Below, in pieces: positions 37,661 to 47,538 of a stretch of DNA of 64,000 nt (position 1 is the first letter of the stretch; each line of letters starts with the position of its first letter). Made by a program: the position numbers and the translations under genes. Where the stretch lies: positions 544,001 through 608,000 of the forward strand of contig CAXXNF010000001.1 in assembly GCA_963666365.2 (NCBI GenBank). The letters are read 5' to 3'. The notes under the pieces were generated by a model. The model did no database searches and was not told the DNA's origin. It was given only the letters and a program-made list of their open reading frames with translations. This DNA comes from Syntrophales bacterium. Its GTDB lineage: Bacteria > Desulfobacterota > Syntrophia > Syntrophales > UBA2210.

Positions 37661-39889
37661 CTACATCCCTCCGCACTCCCTTACGGTATTCCAGTATTCG
37701 CGCTGCTCATTGCTCATAGCGGCTTCATAGGCAGACAGCCACTTATCGTCGGATTCGTTCAAGGTTCCTCCGGCGATTTCGTAATCCAGACACCACTTAA
37801 ACCGGGCGAATTCGTCTATGAAGTAGTTCGGGCGTTTGGGCAGCGGGCGTTTGGTCTTCGGCGGCAGATTCCCCAGGGCCTCCAGTTTCCGAACCTCCTT
37901 TTCCAGTTCCTCCGGCGTTCGCGTCCGGAAGAGATCCTTCTCCGCCTCGGTGCGTTCGTGCTTCTCCAGGGCATACCGGGCGGCGTCCTTCTCGATCTGG
38001 GGAACTTCCGAGTAGTGACGGAAGTCGGGGATGCCCGCCGTGATCTTTTTGAATTCCTCGGCGAAACGTTTCCTTCGCGACCGCTTTTCCATTATTTTCA
38101 AGGCCGCCAGGTCCCGGTCCTTCATGGATGAGTAGACTACGGGCATGGCCGTGCAGAGGTACTGACCCTTCGAGAAGACTAAAAGACCCTCCGGCGCCAT
38201 CGGGTTATAGCGGACGTCCACCTTTTCCCGATGAAGAGGGATAAGGGCGTCATGCTCGTACCAGTCCCACAGGAACGGAACCCGCCCCAGTTTGACCGTG
38301 CGCTTTTTTCGTTCCAGGAATATGAGATCCAGGGCCGACTCGCTGATTTCCTTCGGCCGCCAGCCATCTTCGTAGCAGGACCGCAGGCAGTCGTAAGGCG
38401 TGACGGCCTTCGGCTTCGGCTTCCAGGACCACTCCTTGTGGACTCCCTTATGGGGTTTTTGCCGGTTGTACCAGTCCAGGGCGCGGTAAAGCATGACGGT
38501 GAACTCGGAAAAGAGGAGAAGCTTCCCCTGGGCCGCCAGGAGCTTCAGTTCCTCCTGGTCCACGTCGTTTTCGTGAATGTCGCCGCCCAGGTCTTTCACA
38601 TAACCCGGAATCCGAAAGCGGCTCCGCAGGATCCCCTCAATGACGTCGAAGGTCCCCTCGATCATCTTCGCTTTCGCGTTCTTGACAATGGCTTTTTTGT
38701 GGGTACCCGGCATGATCATGACGGGATTTACATCTTCCGGTTCCACATCGAGGATGTCTGCGGGAATGTCGGTAGTGGTCTCCCAGGAGAGCCCCAGTGC
38801 CCGCATATCCGAAAGAATCCCCATAAGATACTTGCTTATTTCGGGCTTGCCGTTATCGGTGTAGATGCTTCCAAAGGCACCGTAAATCGAACAGCCTATC
38901 CGAAGGGCCAGGCCGATAAGCCAGGCGTCGTATTTTTTGTCCACGGCGCCGCCGTAGATGATGCGTGTCCGCAGATCCTGCCAGAAGTAGCCTTCCGGTC
39001 GGAATATCTCGCCCGTTTCGTCATCGACCACCCAGAAGTCGAAGCGGTGCTGGTCACCCACGAGAAGCTCGAAGGGGCAAAGATCCGCATAAGTCCGAAG
39101 AACCGGAGGCAAAAGGTTGTCGAGCGCCCGCATGCCCCCTTTCTGAAGGGCGCGAAGCTGGGGCGTCGCCTTTTTATCCAGCCACCAGAGGGCCGATTCG
39201 TAACCGCCGATAGTCCAGCCCCGCCGGTGGGCCTCGATGACAAGGGCGTCATAGTAAAGGTTTTTCAGGTCAATTTTTCTGTGGGCACGCTTCAGGCAGA
39301 GGCCGACCCAGAAGTCGACGGCCTCGGGCGTCCATTTACGCGAGGTGCCCCGCGTCGATTTCGTGTGGACGATCCCGTAGATTCCCTTCTTTTCGTACTT
39401 TTTCATCCATCGATACACGGATTGAAAGGTAACGCCGTAGCGAAGCGCCACCGATTCGACCCAGGACCGCTTTTTCCAGCCCTTCGGTACTGCCTGGGCT
39501 TCCCGTATGATTTCCAGAATGCGCCTGACTCGCGGGTCCCGAAGATCCTTTTCCGAAACGGCCGTTTCCGCTGTCCATGAATCGAAGGGCTTTTTCGACA
39601 CGGCCAGAGCATCGGTAAATGATTGCGTGGGAATATTCCGCGCGGCAGCCGCAATGGCCGCCTCGGGGGCCAGGGAGGGCAAGAGAGCCGGAGAGATCCC
39701 TTTTGTTTCCACATAGGTCTTTTGAATGTCGCCGGGCAGTGAGAGCAGCGGGTATAGCCGATGCGTCCCTCCCTTTCCGCTGCCGTTTTTGCATGTCCAG
39801 GATTCCTTGCCTGCGCGCTTGGTAACGGCCTGTTTCGTCACATTGAGAAGGCCCGCGATATCGTTTACTGTAAGGAGAATGTCGCTCAT
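37661..39889 (-). CDS. MuA-like DDE transposase
   Basis: N-terminal Mu HTH (W....G.GG...LY.L.SLP), GDQH, YTDNG, AK.IEG.F catalytic motifs. Confidence 0.92.
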   Translation of the reverse strand: MSDILLTVNDIAGLLNVTKQAVTKRAGKESWTCKNGSGKGGTHRLYPLLSLPGDIQKTYVETKGISPALLPSLAPEAAIAAAARNIPTQSFTDALAVSKKPFDSWTAETAVSEKDLRDPRVRRILEIIREAQAVPKGWKKRSWVESVALRYGVTFQSVYRWMKKYEKKGIYGIVHTKSTRGTSRKWTPEAVDFWVGLCLKRAHRKIDLKNLYYDALVIEAHRRGWTIGGYESALWWLDKKATPQLRALQKGGMRALDNLLPPVLRTYADLCPFELLVGDQHRFDFWVVDDETGEIFRPEGYFWQDLRTRIIYGGAVDKKYDAWLIGLALRIGCSIYGAFGSIYTDNGKPEISKYLMGILSDMRALGLSWETTTDIPADILDVEPEDVNPVMIMPGTHKKAIVKNAKAKMIEGTFDVIEGILRSRFRIPGYVKDLGGDIHENDVDQEELKLLAAQGKLLLFSEFTVMLYRALDWYNRQKPHKGVHKEWSWKPKPKAVTPYDCLRSCYEDGWRPKEISESALDLIFLERKKRTVKLGRVPFLWDWYEHDALIPLHREKVDVRYNPMAPEGLLVFSKGQYLCTAMPVVYSSMKDRDLAALKIMEKRSRRKRFAEEFKKITAGIPDFRHYSEVPQIEKDAARYALEKHERTEAEKDLFRTRTPEELEKEVRKLEALGNLPPKTKRPLPKRPNYFIDEFARFKWCLDYEIAGGTLNESDDKWLSAYEAAMSNEQREYWNTVRECGGM

Positions 39890-40365
39890 TGCACATCCTC
39901 CAGCATGGTTATCATTGCCGATTTCTGGGTAATTCGTTTTCTGATCTCCTTTATCTGCTCTTCGTCGCGGCGGATATCGGCACGGAGCGCGTCGGGACCT
40001 TCCACCACAAAGACGTTTGCCATCTGTCCCAGCATCGCCAGTGGCTCCATTTGCCCGGTGGCCTCACAAAAAGCGGGAAGAAAGATCGCCGGGAAACGGT
40101 GCCCTTCTTTAGACTCCGCCGTCCAGGAATCGAGCATGCTTTTTGTGATGTCGCAGCCGGTAAGTTCGCTCATGCGGGCCGCTACCTGGTATCGAGAGGG
40201 GGGACACGTTTTAAGGGCGGCGCTGACCGATTCACGGAAACGGCGATCGACGTCGAGGCTTCCCGGAGACGCCTCAGCGCCCCCCTGTTCGCTCAGAATC
40301 TCAAAAATTGACAGCTGATCTGGATTGTCTAATCTTTTTTTCAACTTAGGCATTGCACTCACCAA
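39886..40365 (-). CDS. phage regulatory protein (CII-like)
   Basis: SRYQVAARMSELTG..ITK.MLDSWTAESK..HRFP. Confidence 0.65.
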   Translation of the reverse strand: MVSAMPKLKKRLDNPDQLSIFEILSEQGGAEASPGSLDVDRRFRESVSAALKTCPPSRYQVAARMSELTGCDITKSMLDSWTAESKEGHRFPAIFLPAFCEATGQMEPLAMLGQMANVFVVEGPDALRADIRRDEEQIKEIRKRITQKSAMITMLEDVQ

Positions 40366-40462
40366 AAGAATGGGTTAAAAAACAAAATAGGCGTTCATAA
40401 TCAGATAATTTCTTTGCCTCGCAACCTGTTTATATAAAAATGCAAATCAACAAGGATGTGGC

Positions 40463-40876
40463 ATGTCGCTTTATAAATACGCCTCAGCATGTAACGAATT
40501 GCAGCGGGAACTGATCGCGATCGCTGCAGCTCAAGATGTAACTGCAATAAGAATGATGTGCGCCGACGTTGAAGGGTGGCAGGAATGGTTTTTAGAAAAC
40601 GAAGCTCTGATTCGGAAATATTTAAAAGCAACTCCTTCGCAGCGGAAAAACAGAAAGTCGTGGCAGGAGAAAGATTTAAGGCTGAAGTTGATTTTGGGAA
40701 GCATTCAGTATTTGACGTGCGCCCATCGACTGCTTGAAGGCATTGACAGAAACGACCTGTATCCTGGAGCGTCATATCGCGATATGGCGGAAGCTGCCGC
40801 GAAGACGTATTTGGAAGTGGTTGCTCCGTTCCCTTGGAGCATTTGGCCCTTTGAAAAACCGAGCCCTTTTGAATGA
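40463..40876 (+). CDS. hypothetical protein, antisense to the early operon (moron-like)
   Basis: 137-aa helical ORF with RBS-like AAGGA; the overlapping minus-strand ORF looks less protein-like. Confidence 0.5.
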   Translation: MSLYKYASACNELQRELIAIAAAQDVTAIRMMCADVEGWQEWFLENEALIRKYLKATPSQRKNRKSWQEKDLRLKLILGSIQYLTCAHRLLEGIDRNDLYPGASYRDMAEAAAKTYLEVVAPFPWSIWPFEKPSPFE

Positions 40877-40917
40877 TATTTGACATTGAATCTCTCCTTA
40901 TATAAGAGGATGAATTT

Positions 40918-41205
40918 TCAGGCCGCCTCTATGGGCATTGCCATCGGACGCCCGGTTTTTTTTGCGCCGCCGCCGTAGAGATAGACCGACGGCCAGACGA
41001 CGCGGACATCCTTTTTTATATATTGCGCAATGGCCCGCCTGATGCGGTCGGATGTTGCACCGTCGATCACGCGGGAAACGGCAGACGGCCCGACACCCAG
41101 CTCTCTGGCAATCGCCGCCTGCGCGCCGTGGCCGCCGAAGGATCGAAAAAGCGCCTCGCGGATTTCAAGAGGCGTCATGTCGCGTGCTTTTATGTGCTCT
41201 TTCAT
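40918..41205 (-). CDS. ner: Ner/Cro-like HTH regulator
   Basis: QAAIARELGV..SAVSRVI...IA..I......VWPS.Y. Confidence 0.75.
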   Translation of the reverse strand: MKEHIKARDMTPLEIREALFRSFGGHGAQAAIARELGVGPSAVSRVIDGATSDRIRRAIAQYIKKDVRVVWPSVYLYGGGAKKTGRPMAMPIEAA

Positions 41206-41228
41206 GGGTTGCCTTTCGGAGTGTTGAA

Positions 41229-41531
41229 ATGGAAAACGCCGATAAGAAAACGTTGTTTAAATGCATCTATTGCAATTCCTGCTTTTTGCTTGACTTCGAA
41301 CCACCCGAAAAGTGGATGGTTCGAAGATATGCCATTAAGAGCAGGTTTAAATTTGTCTGCGAAAAGTGCGGCGCTTTTATTTACCCGGAAGAACTTTGTG
41401 AAGACCGTGCGCCCGACGAAGATATTTTTTACATGTTTTCCAAATGCATTAACGCGTTCAGATGTTCTCTTCATGATCAGTACGATCCTTCTTGTGAAGC
41501 CGGTCTTTTGATGCCGAAATGCTTTTATTAG
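41229..41531 (+). CDS. Cys-rich hypothetical protein (frame continues past TAG to 41654)
   Basis: GGAG RBS; two CxxC pairs; conflicts with minus-strand ORFs. Confidence 0.4.
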   Translation: MENADKKTLFKCIYCNSCFLLDFEPPEKWMVRRYAIKSRFKFVCEKCGAFIYPEELCEDRAPDEDIFYMFSKCINAFRCSLHDQYDPSCEAGLLMPKCFY

Positions 41532-41772
41532 CTTCACATGGCGATAGAGGAGATGAATTGCCGGATAGAAAAACTTGAAACTCGTCTTTCAGATTTAGTT
41601 TTAGGTGAACAAGCGAAAAAGGCTGACAGGGAACCTGATACAAAGTTGAATTGACAGAGACGCGGCTTTGGCTGTCTGCTCGCCGCATAACAGGGAATGC
41701 AACGTGGACCCCTTGCAACCGAGACTCTATTTTTTTAAAAGTACTCTCAATCATGTTGCTTTGGTGGGTCAT
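41458..41772 (-). CDS. hypothetical first ORF of the early transcript
   Basis: Strong AGGAGG RBS just downstream of the predicted early promoter; no recognisable motif. Confidence 0.35.
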   Translation of the reverse strand: MTHQSNMIESTFKKIESRLQGVHVAFPVMRRADSQSRVSVNSTLYQVPCQPFSLVHLKLNLKDEFQVFLSGNSSPLSPCEANKSISASKDRLHKKDRTDHEENI

Positions 41773-41815
41773 GCAATACCCTCCTTTTTTTGAATGTCTA
41801 AATTGAGTGAATTTG

Positions 41816-41985
41816 TTGACATACTAAACCCATAATTTAGTTTATGCAAGATAAAATTTAGGTTGTCGGTTAAATATTAACATTTTCTGTGTATGTAATG
41901 CCCAACACATTGAAATGATATGTGTTATTCGCACTCGACAACCGGTTGTCGGTTAGGTTGTCGGTTTAAATCTCAAGTGACAACC
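41816..41985. promoter_or_regulatory. divergent lysis/lysogeny promoters and operator/enhancer repeats
   Basis: Minus TTGCAT (41844-41849), 17 bp, TAGTAT (41821-41826); plus TTGACA at 41816; GGTTGTCGGTT x3; palindrome CGACAACCGGTTGTCG. Confidence 0.65.
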
Positions 41986-42004
41986 AGAACAAACGGGTGA
42001 TTTT

Positions 42005-42712
42005 ATGGATTTTGAAGAAAGAGTCGCTTGGATTATTAACCTCATAAAGGATAGAGAGGGACTAAATAATATCCAGATTGGTCAAATGTTGGGTGTCAAC
42101 AAGAATACAATTCTAGCTTATAGTAAAGGAAGGGGCGATCTGAAGGGCGTTGCTCTTGCGGGAATTGTAAAAAATTTTGGCATAAGCGGGGAATGGTTGA
42201 TAGCAGGTAAGGGAGAACCCTTTCCTGGCGCCCGCGTAAAATATCCCGAAGTATGCGGCTCAGAGCCAGAGCAAATCGAACTCGACGCAGACGTATACAG
42301 TTATATTCCAAAATACAATGCGAGGCTTTCCGGCGGTTCCGGTTCCTTTGAAACGTCGAAAGAAATCGAAAACTATTGCGCCTTCAGAACCGAGTGGCTG
42401 AAAAGAAAGTGGAATATTAAGAGCCTCGCCCTCTTCGAAGTGACCGGCGACTCGATGGCGCCGCTGATCCAGCACCAGGACGTCGTCCTTGTGGATATGA
42501 GCAGAAACAACCTCGAAGACATAATCGACGGCAAAATATATGCATTTTCTGAAGATCATGTGGTAAGAATAAAACGGCTCGTCCGGAAGGGAACCGAACT
42601 ATGGGCCATCTCCGACAACAAGATAGAAGCCCCCGACAGCCGCATCGAACTTGAAGAAGGAACCTTCAACCTCATCGGCAAAGTAGTCTGGATCGGCCAT
42701 GAGGTGAGATGA
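42005..42712 (+). CDS. CI-like repressor (HTH plus S24 peptidase)
   Basis: N-terminal HTH, EWLI.G.G, V.GDSM.P catalytic Ser, IKRL catalytic Lys. Confidence 0.9.
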   Translation: MDFEERVAWIINLIKDREGLNNIQIGQMLGVNKNTILAYSKGRGDLKGVALAGIVKNFGISGEWLIAGKGEPFPGARVKYPEVCGSEPEQIELDADVYSYIPKYNARLSGGSGSFETSKEIENYCAFRTEWLKRKWNIKSLALFEVTGDSMAPLIQHQDVVLVDMSRNNLEDIIDGKIYAFSEDHVVRIKRLVRKGTELWAISDNKIEAPDSRIELEEGTFNLIGKVVWIGHEVR

Positions 42713-42736
42713 ACAGTTTGCCTTGGAGTATGACCT

Positions 42737-43600
42737 ATGGAACGAATGCGCTTTTCAGATCGAGTAGGAGCTACAGAACCAATAAGTATACTTCAATTAG
42801 ATGATATAAATTATGAATTAAGGAATTCTCTCTGGAATTATTTGCTCAAGCTCCTCTACCCCGGATCGAAATACACCGAACATATCAAGGCAAATCGCAT
42901 GATTTGTGAATATTTTTTTAGATTACCTGTAGATGAATTGCCAGTGCATCTTCATCGACAGCCAGAGTGGCTTCGCGACTTCTTTTTTTCTCGCTTTGAT
43001 AGTGGACTTTTCCAATGGTATGATATTTACAATTTAATTGAATTCATTACAGAGCATATTGATTCTATTAAAGGACAGTTTTATCAAAGAAGATTTATAG
43101 CTGATATAAATAGAATTCTTGAAAGAGAAATGTCGGGATATCGGTTTATAAACGGTGTACTTGCTCCAATTTCGAGCAAAGAAGAAATCGAAAGCATTAA
43201 CACCTCTATTTTATTGGCTAAAGATAGTCAACTTTATGGTACAAAGAAACATTTCGAAACAGCTCTTGATTTAATTGCCAAAAAGCCAGATCCCGATTAT
43301 CGGAATTCAATCAAAGAATCGATAAGTGCCATCGAATCTTTAGCGAAACAACTCACAGGAGAAAATGGAGGAGGCTTAGATAAGGCTTTTACTAAATTGG
43401 ATTCAAAGGTTCATTTTCATGGAGCCTTCAAGGCTGGTCTCTTGAGTTTGTATGGCTATACAAGTGACGAAGATGGGATTCGACACGCTATTCTCGAGGA
43501 ATCGGATATCGGATTTGATGAAGCCAAATTTATGTTAGTGATTTGCTCCGGTTTGGTAAATTTTATAATCCAAAAGGCAAATAAACACAGGTTATTGTAA
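42737..43600 (+). CDS. AbiJ-related protein (AbiJ-NTD4-like), putative defence
   Basis: FS.R.G, LRNSLWN, W..IY.LIEF, YRF..G, DYRNSIKESISA.E, LYGYTSD..GIRH. Confidence 0.7.
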   Translation: MERMRFSDRVGATEPISILQLDDINYELRNSLWNYLLKLLYPGSKYTEHIKANRMICEYFFRLPVDELPVHLHRQPEWLRDFFFSRFDSGLFQWYDIYNLIEFITEHIDSIKGQFYQRRFIADINRILEREMSGYRFINGVLAPISSKEEIESINTSILLAKDSQLYGTKKHFETALDLIAKKPDPDYRNSIKESISAIESLAKQLTGENGGGLDKAFTKLDSKVHFHGAFKAGLLSLYGYTSDEDGIRHAILEESDIGFDEAKFMLVICSGLVNFIIQKANKHRLL

Positions 43601-43827
43601 CAAAAGGATATATTGAAGGGGAAAACAACAAAGTCACATCCATTTTATATGGGCGGAGACCCATAATGTGCTTTTATCTGGAAACCATATAAACAGTGGT
43701 CGCGTGACAGGAGGTGCTGTTTGCGTCCAAGAGTACACACTTCTATAGCTGACATACGGGCTTTTCCGTAAAGATTTTGATATGTGTAAATTCTCAATGC
43801 TGACAACAGACCAAAAGGAAGTTTGAT

Positions 43828-45063
43828 TTGAATACGCAAGTCATCAACCGAGAAGCATCAGACAAAACAAAAGGATTTCGGCTCCAAAAATTACGAGCCA
43901 TAAAGCTGATGCTCGAAACTTTGGAACATGAAGACAGAGCAATTTTTTATACGGCTATTGAGAATGTCGAAGACGTTTCACATATTAAGGTTTCGGGTAA
44001 GGATGCGGGAACGTATTATGAAGAGGACAAGAATTATAATGGAGAACATAGATTCACCATATTTAGTCCGGAAGTAAAAAATACCTTAGTCAGCTTCTTT
44101 GATATCTATATTGGTTCATGGAAGGCAAGCGACGAGATCAGGCTCGGTTTTTATACGACAGCAAAGATTGGAAACGAAAAAAAGAAATTCACAATAGATG
44201 GAACTGAAGTTGATGCACCTGAAAAACCCATTTTGGAATTTCTGTCATCTAGTAGTATGCTTTCTGATGATGTCGTAAAAATGGTTAAATCAGTTGTCTT
44301 GGAGGAATATCGGAAGCAGTACTCAGGAAAAGGATCGAAAGGACATCTAACGACCTTGACTGAAATGAACTTTATTGAGTTTCGTAAGTTTCTCAACAAA
44401 ATCATTTGGTTCTTTGAAAACGAGGATGAAAAGAAACTAAAGGAAACGATTATCCATTTGATAAAAGAATCAAAACTGCATAATTTTCGGATCGCGAACA
44501 AAGAAGAGGCAATATTCTCTCTCCTAATGGAGGAGCTGGACGAGCGACAAGGTGAGGCGTCCCTGGCTCAACGCGTCGTTAATGCATCGGATGTGAAATT
44601 GATATTCAAGCAAGCGGAGTCGGAGGAAAGAGATTTTGTGATGGACCCAACGTGGGAAGAATTAATAAAAATAGAAAAGGAAATAACAGACAAGAGGAAT
44701 CTGCCGGAAAAGGTCACGTCAGTCTGCCCCCAATATAGTGAGAAAAAGTTGAAATACCTCGCGCGACTTGCGTGCCGATCTAAGACAGAACAAATGCATA
44801 GTAACCGTAGTTTTTTATCTCTCAAATATCGAGTATACGAAGCCTGCAGTAAATACTTCTTTCAAGATGAGCGACCAGTAACTACCGAAGCCGAGATTGA
44901 TAAAGCAATTGATGAACTGAATAAGATATCTAAAGGGCATATTGATGAGCTAAAAAAAGACTATACGTACACAGTGTCCAACCCCCAGGCCCTCGACGGA
45001 ATCATAATGGATTTGTTCGATAGCTGCTTCATGTCTTTTGATGAGGTGGCTAATGAAAAATAA
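43828..45063 (+). CDS. Lamassu/ABC-3C effector: Cap4-like PD-(D/E)xK nuclease plus C-terminal domain (LmuA-like)
   Basis: REA....KGF..Q, E..EDV, EEDK; C-terminal II.DL...C motif; TTG start. Confidence 0.65.
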   Translation: MNTQVINREASDKTKGFRLQKLRAIKLMLETLEHEDRAIFYTAIENVEDVSHIKVSGKDAGTYYEEDKNYNGEHRFTIFSPEVKNTLVSFFDIYIGSWKASDEIRLGFYTTAKIGNEKKKFTIDGTEVDAPEKPILEFLSSSSMLSDDVVKMVKSVVLEEYRKQYSGKGSKGHLTTLTEMNFIEFRKFLNKIIWFFENEDEKKLKETIIHLIKESKLHNFRIANKEEAIFSLLMEELDERQGEASLAQRVVNASDVKLIFKQAESEERDFVMDPTWEELIKIEKEITDKRNLPEKVTSVCPQYSEKKLKYLARLACRSKTEQMHSNRSFLSLKYRVYEACSKYFFQDERPVTTEAEIDKAIDELNKISKGHIDELKKDYTYTVSNPQALDGIIMDLFDSCFMSFDEVANEK

Positions 45064-45580
45064 GGATGTTAAGAAAAGTCTGATGTATCTGTCGGGCGAA
45101 GATTTTTACGTATTTTGCTATGCGGTTTTAATCGTTTTAGATTACTTGAACTGTAAGGATGGTCGATATTTTAAGGATTATAGGAAGCTTGCGTTCCTTA
45201 TAGAGTTTATTAAGGATGAGAAACTCAATTATATTATCTCGAATACTCATGATAAGTCTTTGAATCCGATTGATAAGGAGTATCTCTTTAGTAGTTATTC
45301 CGCTGGTCTGGGCAGAAGGAGTGAGATATTGAAGTTGCTTTTCACCTTAGAGAAAAAGAACTACATTGTTCTCGATAAGAGTAACACACTAAGCTTGGTA
45401 GATGTATCACTCAACAAAGAAGCTATTCCAAAGGCGTTTTTCGACAAGGAAATTTTTTCGCGGGAGTACCATAACATCGAAGTCTTTACTAAGGTTATAC
45501 AAAGACTATCGAAGTTAAAACTCGATACAATGCTGAAGCATATATATGCACAGAACGGAATACCAACATGGGGAATCTAA
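45053..45580 (+). CDS. ABC-3C middle component (LmuC-like)
   Basis: Small gene overlapping both the effector and the ATPase; GAGGTG RBS. Confidence 0.6.
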   Translation: MKNKDVKKSLMYLSGEDFYVFCYAVLIVLDYLNCKDGRYFKDYRKLAFLIEFIKDEKLNYIISNTHDKSLNPIDKEYLFSSYSAGLGRRSEILKLLFTLEKKNYIVLDKSNTLSLVDVSLNKEAIPKAFFDKEIFSREYHNIEVFTKVIQRLSKLKLDTMLKHIYAQNGIPTWGI

Positions 45581-47538
45581 GGATTAAGAAGGTCATCTAT
45601 TCCGGGCAGAAATATTTTTTCGAATCGGAAATATTCGATAAAAATATTGTTCTGATCGAAGGTGATAATGGAACCGGTAAGAGTACACTTTGTAATCTTA
45701 TCTATTTCGGCCTTGGGGGGAGAGTAAACGAGTTTAGACTCGACAGCGATAAGAAGCATAAAGAAATTACTTCAGATACTGATAATTACATAGAGCTGTA
45801 TGTCGGTATAAATGGCGATAATTTTTTGCTCAGAAGGTATTTGTCTGAAAATGACATAACTGTTACCCCGTTTGTCGAAAGCGTTGTGGATGAAGGAGAC
45901 GAAAAGTCAGTTCAATATTCAGCTCAAGAAAAAGCAGAAGAAACAAAGGTCTACACAATATTTAGGCGGGAAGAAGAGCCGTTCACGTTTTCCGATTGGA
46001 TTTTGGGGAAGCTTGGCATCACCGTTGTTGAATTGTATCAGGGATACACGACATTCAAGGTCAATTTTTCTGACCTAATGCGACTCTTATATCACGATCA
46101 ACAACCGGACCCAGAGTTCATATACAAAAAGCTGGATACAAAGTCGAATTTTGTGTCTGACTCAGAGACCTTGAGGAAGGCTATATTTGAGTTGTTGGTG
46201 GGTAAAGCATTCTCAGAGTTTTATGACGCAATTGCAGAGGCAAAGAAGGCGGAAAAAGACAAGGCTGTGGCTAAAAGTTTAGTCGATGAATATACGGCGC
46301 TGGCAGACAAGATTCGTGGTCGTGAAGAATTCAGAAATAAAAGTTTTTTGCAAGAGGAAGCAAGGAAGAACGAAAGCCAATTAGAAAAGCTCCAAGCAGC
46401 GAGAACGGCGTTTAAGCGGAATCGCGATACTTCCATAACGCTTGATCCAGAGATCGATGCATATAAAAACAAGATCATCGAGAGAGAGATTGAGCTAAGC
46501 GATAAACAAGAGGCTCTGTTTGGTCTTTACGATGAACGATACAAACTTATTGCTATTAAGGACGGTACGGTTAGAGAAGTCGGGCAGCTGCAAAAAGTTA
46601 TTCATACTCATGATCATCTGAATCTTTTTGCATCCGATACATGCCCCTATTGTTTGACTAAAGTGAATAGATTGAAGGGTCATTGCGTTTGTGGTGCTCC
46701 AATCGAAGAAGAACAATATGAAAGATTCTTCTACACGTCACAGGAATACAATGAAATACTGAAGGCGAAAACGAAATCTCTCGCGACTATCGAGTTGGCA
46801 CTAAGTAGTTGTAATGAAGATATCCATGAAATCGTGGAAGGGAAGAAATCTCTGACCAAGGTGTTGACAGAACTGAAAAGAAAACTTCGCACACGACTAG
46901 AGGCAATCGATCAACCGATTGATTTAGAGACGATTAATGATATTGACGACAAAATTCTCGGCATCAGAGAGGAAGTTGCGCATTTGTACCAGACAATTGA
47001 AATCGAAACGAAGATAGAAAATCTGCAAAAAGATTATGATGCTAAGCGCCAGTTGGTTACAGACCTTGAGCTAAAGAAAAATGAGTTCGAGGCAAAAGCA
47101 AAAAGAGATATTGCAAAGAAAGTTAATAAATTTAGTGAGATTTATAACGACTTAATGGTTGGAACCCTGCCAGATTGTCGATCTGCCCGGATAAGCCTGG
47201 AAGACTATATGCCGTTAATAAATGATGGTGAATATAGAGAGGCAAGTGCTAGGGTGTCAATAAGACTTATGTATTATCTGTCGCTTATGAAACTCTCCTT
47301 GTTTCAAGAAGATGCCACATTCCCAAGGTTCTTGTTGGTGGATACGCCAGAGACAGCAGGGATCGAGATGGACAACCTTATCAACTGTATCAGTAAGTTC
47401 GAAGAGTTGGAGTCGCTGGGGCAGGATTATCAGGTTATATTAGCTACAGGTCTCAAAAAGTATCCACCGTCCCTGGAAAACAATCGGGTTTTATATATGC
47501 CAACCCAATCAGATGCGCTTCTACAGCCGAGACAATAG
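45568..47538 (+). CDS. SMC/Rad50-like ABC ATPase (LmuB-like)
   Basis: GDNGTGKS Walker A, YHDQ Q-loop, coiled coils with central CPYC...CVCG, LLVDTP Walker B. Confidence 0.8.
   Translation: MGNLRIKKVIYSGQKYFFESEIFDKNIVLIEGDNGTGKSTLCNLIYFGLGGRVNEFRLDSDKKHKEITSDTDNYIELYVGINGDNFLLRRYLSENDITVTPFVESVVDEGDEKSVQYSAQEKAEETKVYTIFRREEEPFTFSDWILGKLGITVVELYQGYTTFKVNFSDLMRLLYHDQQPDPEFIYKKLDTKSNFVSDSETLRKAIFELLVGKAFSEFYDAIAEAKKAEKDKAVAKSLVDEYTALADKIRGREEFRNKSFLQEEARKNESQLEKLQAARTAFKRNRDTSITLDPEIDAYKNKIIEREIELSDKQEALFGLYDERYKLIAIKDGTVREVGQLQKVIHTHDHLNLFASDTCPYCLTKVNRLKGHCVCGAPIEEEQYERFFYTSQEYNEILKAKTKSLATIELALSSCNEDIHEIVEGKKSLTKVLTELKRKLRTRLEAIDQPIDLETINDIDDKILGIREEVAHLYQTIEIETKIENLQKDYDAKRQLVTDLELKKNEFEAKAKRDIAKKVNKFSEIYNDLMVGTLPDCRSARISLEDYMPLINDGEYREASARVSIRLMYYLSLMKLSLFQEDATFPRFLLVDTPETAGIEMDNLINCISKFEELESLGQDYQVILATGLKKYPPSLENNRVLYMPTQSDALLQPRQ

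Noticed and set aside
17292..39580. Long + strand ORFs inside the phage (e.g. 17292-18350, 22385-23770, 38231-39580)
   Set aside because: Antisense shadows of GC-rich genes with clear motifs on the minus strand
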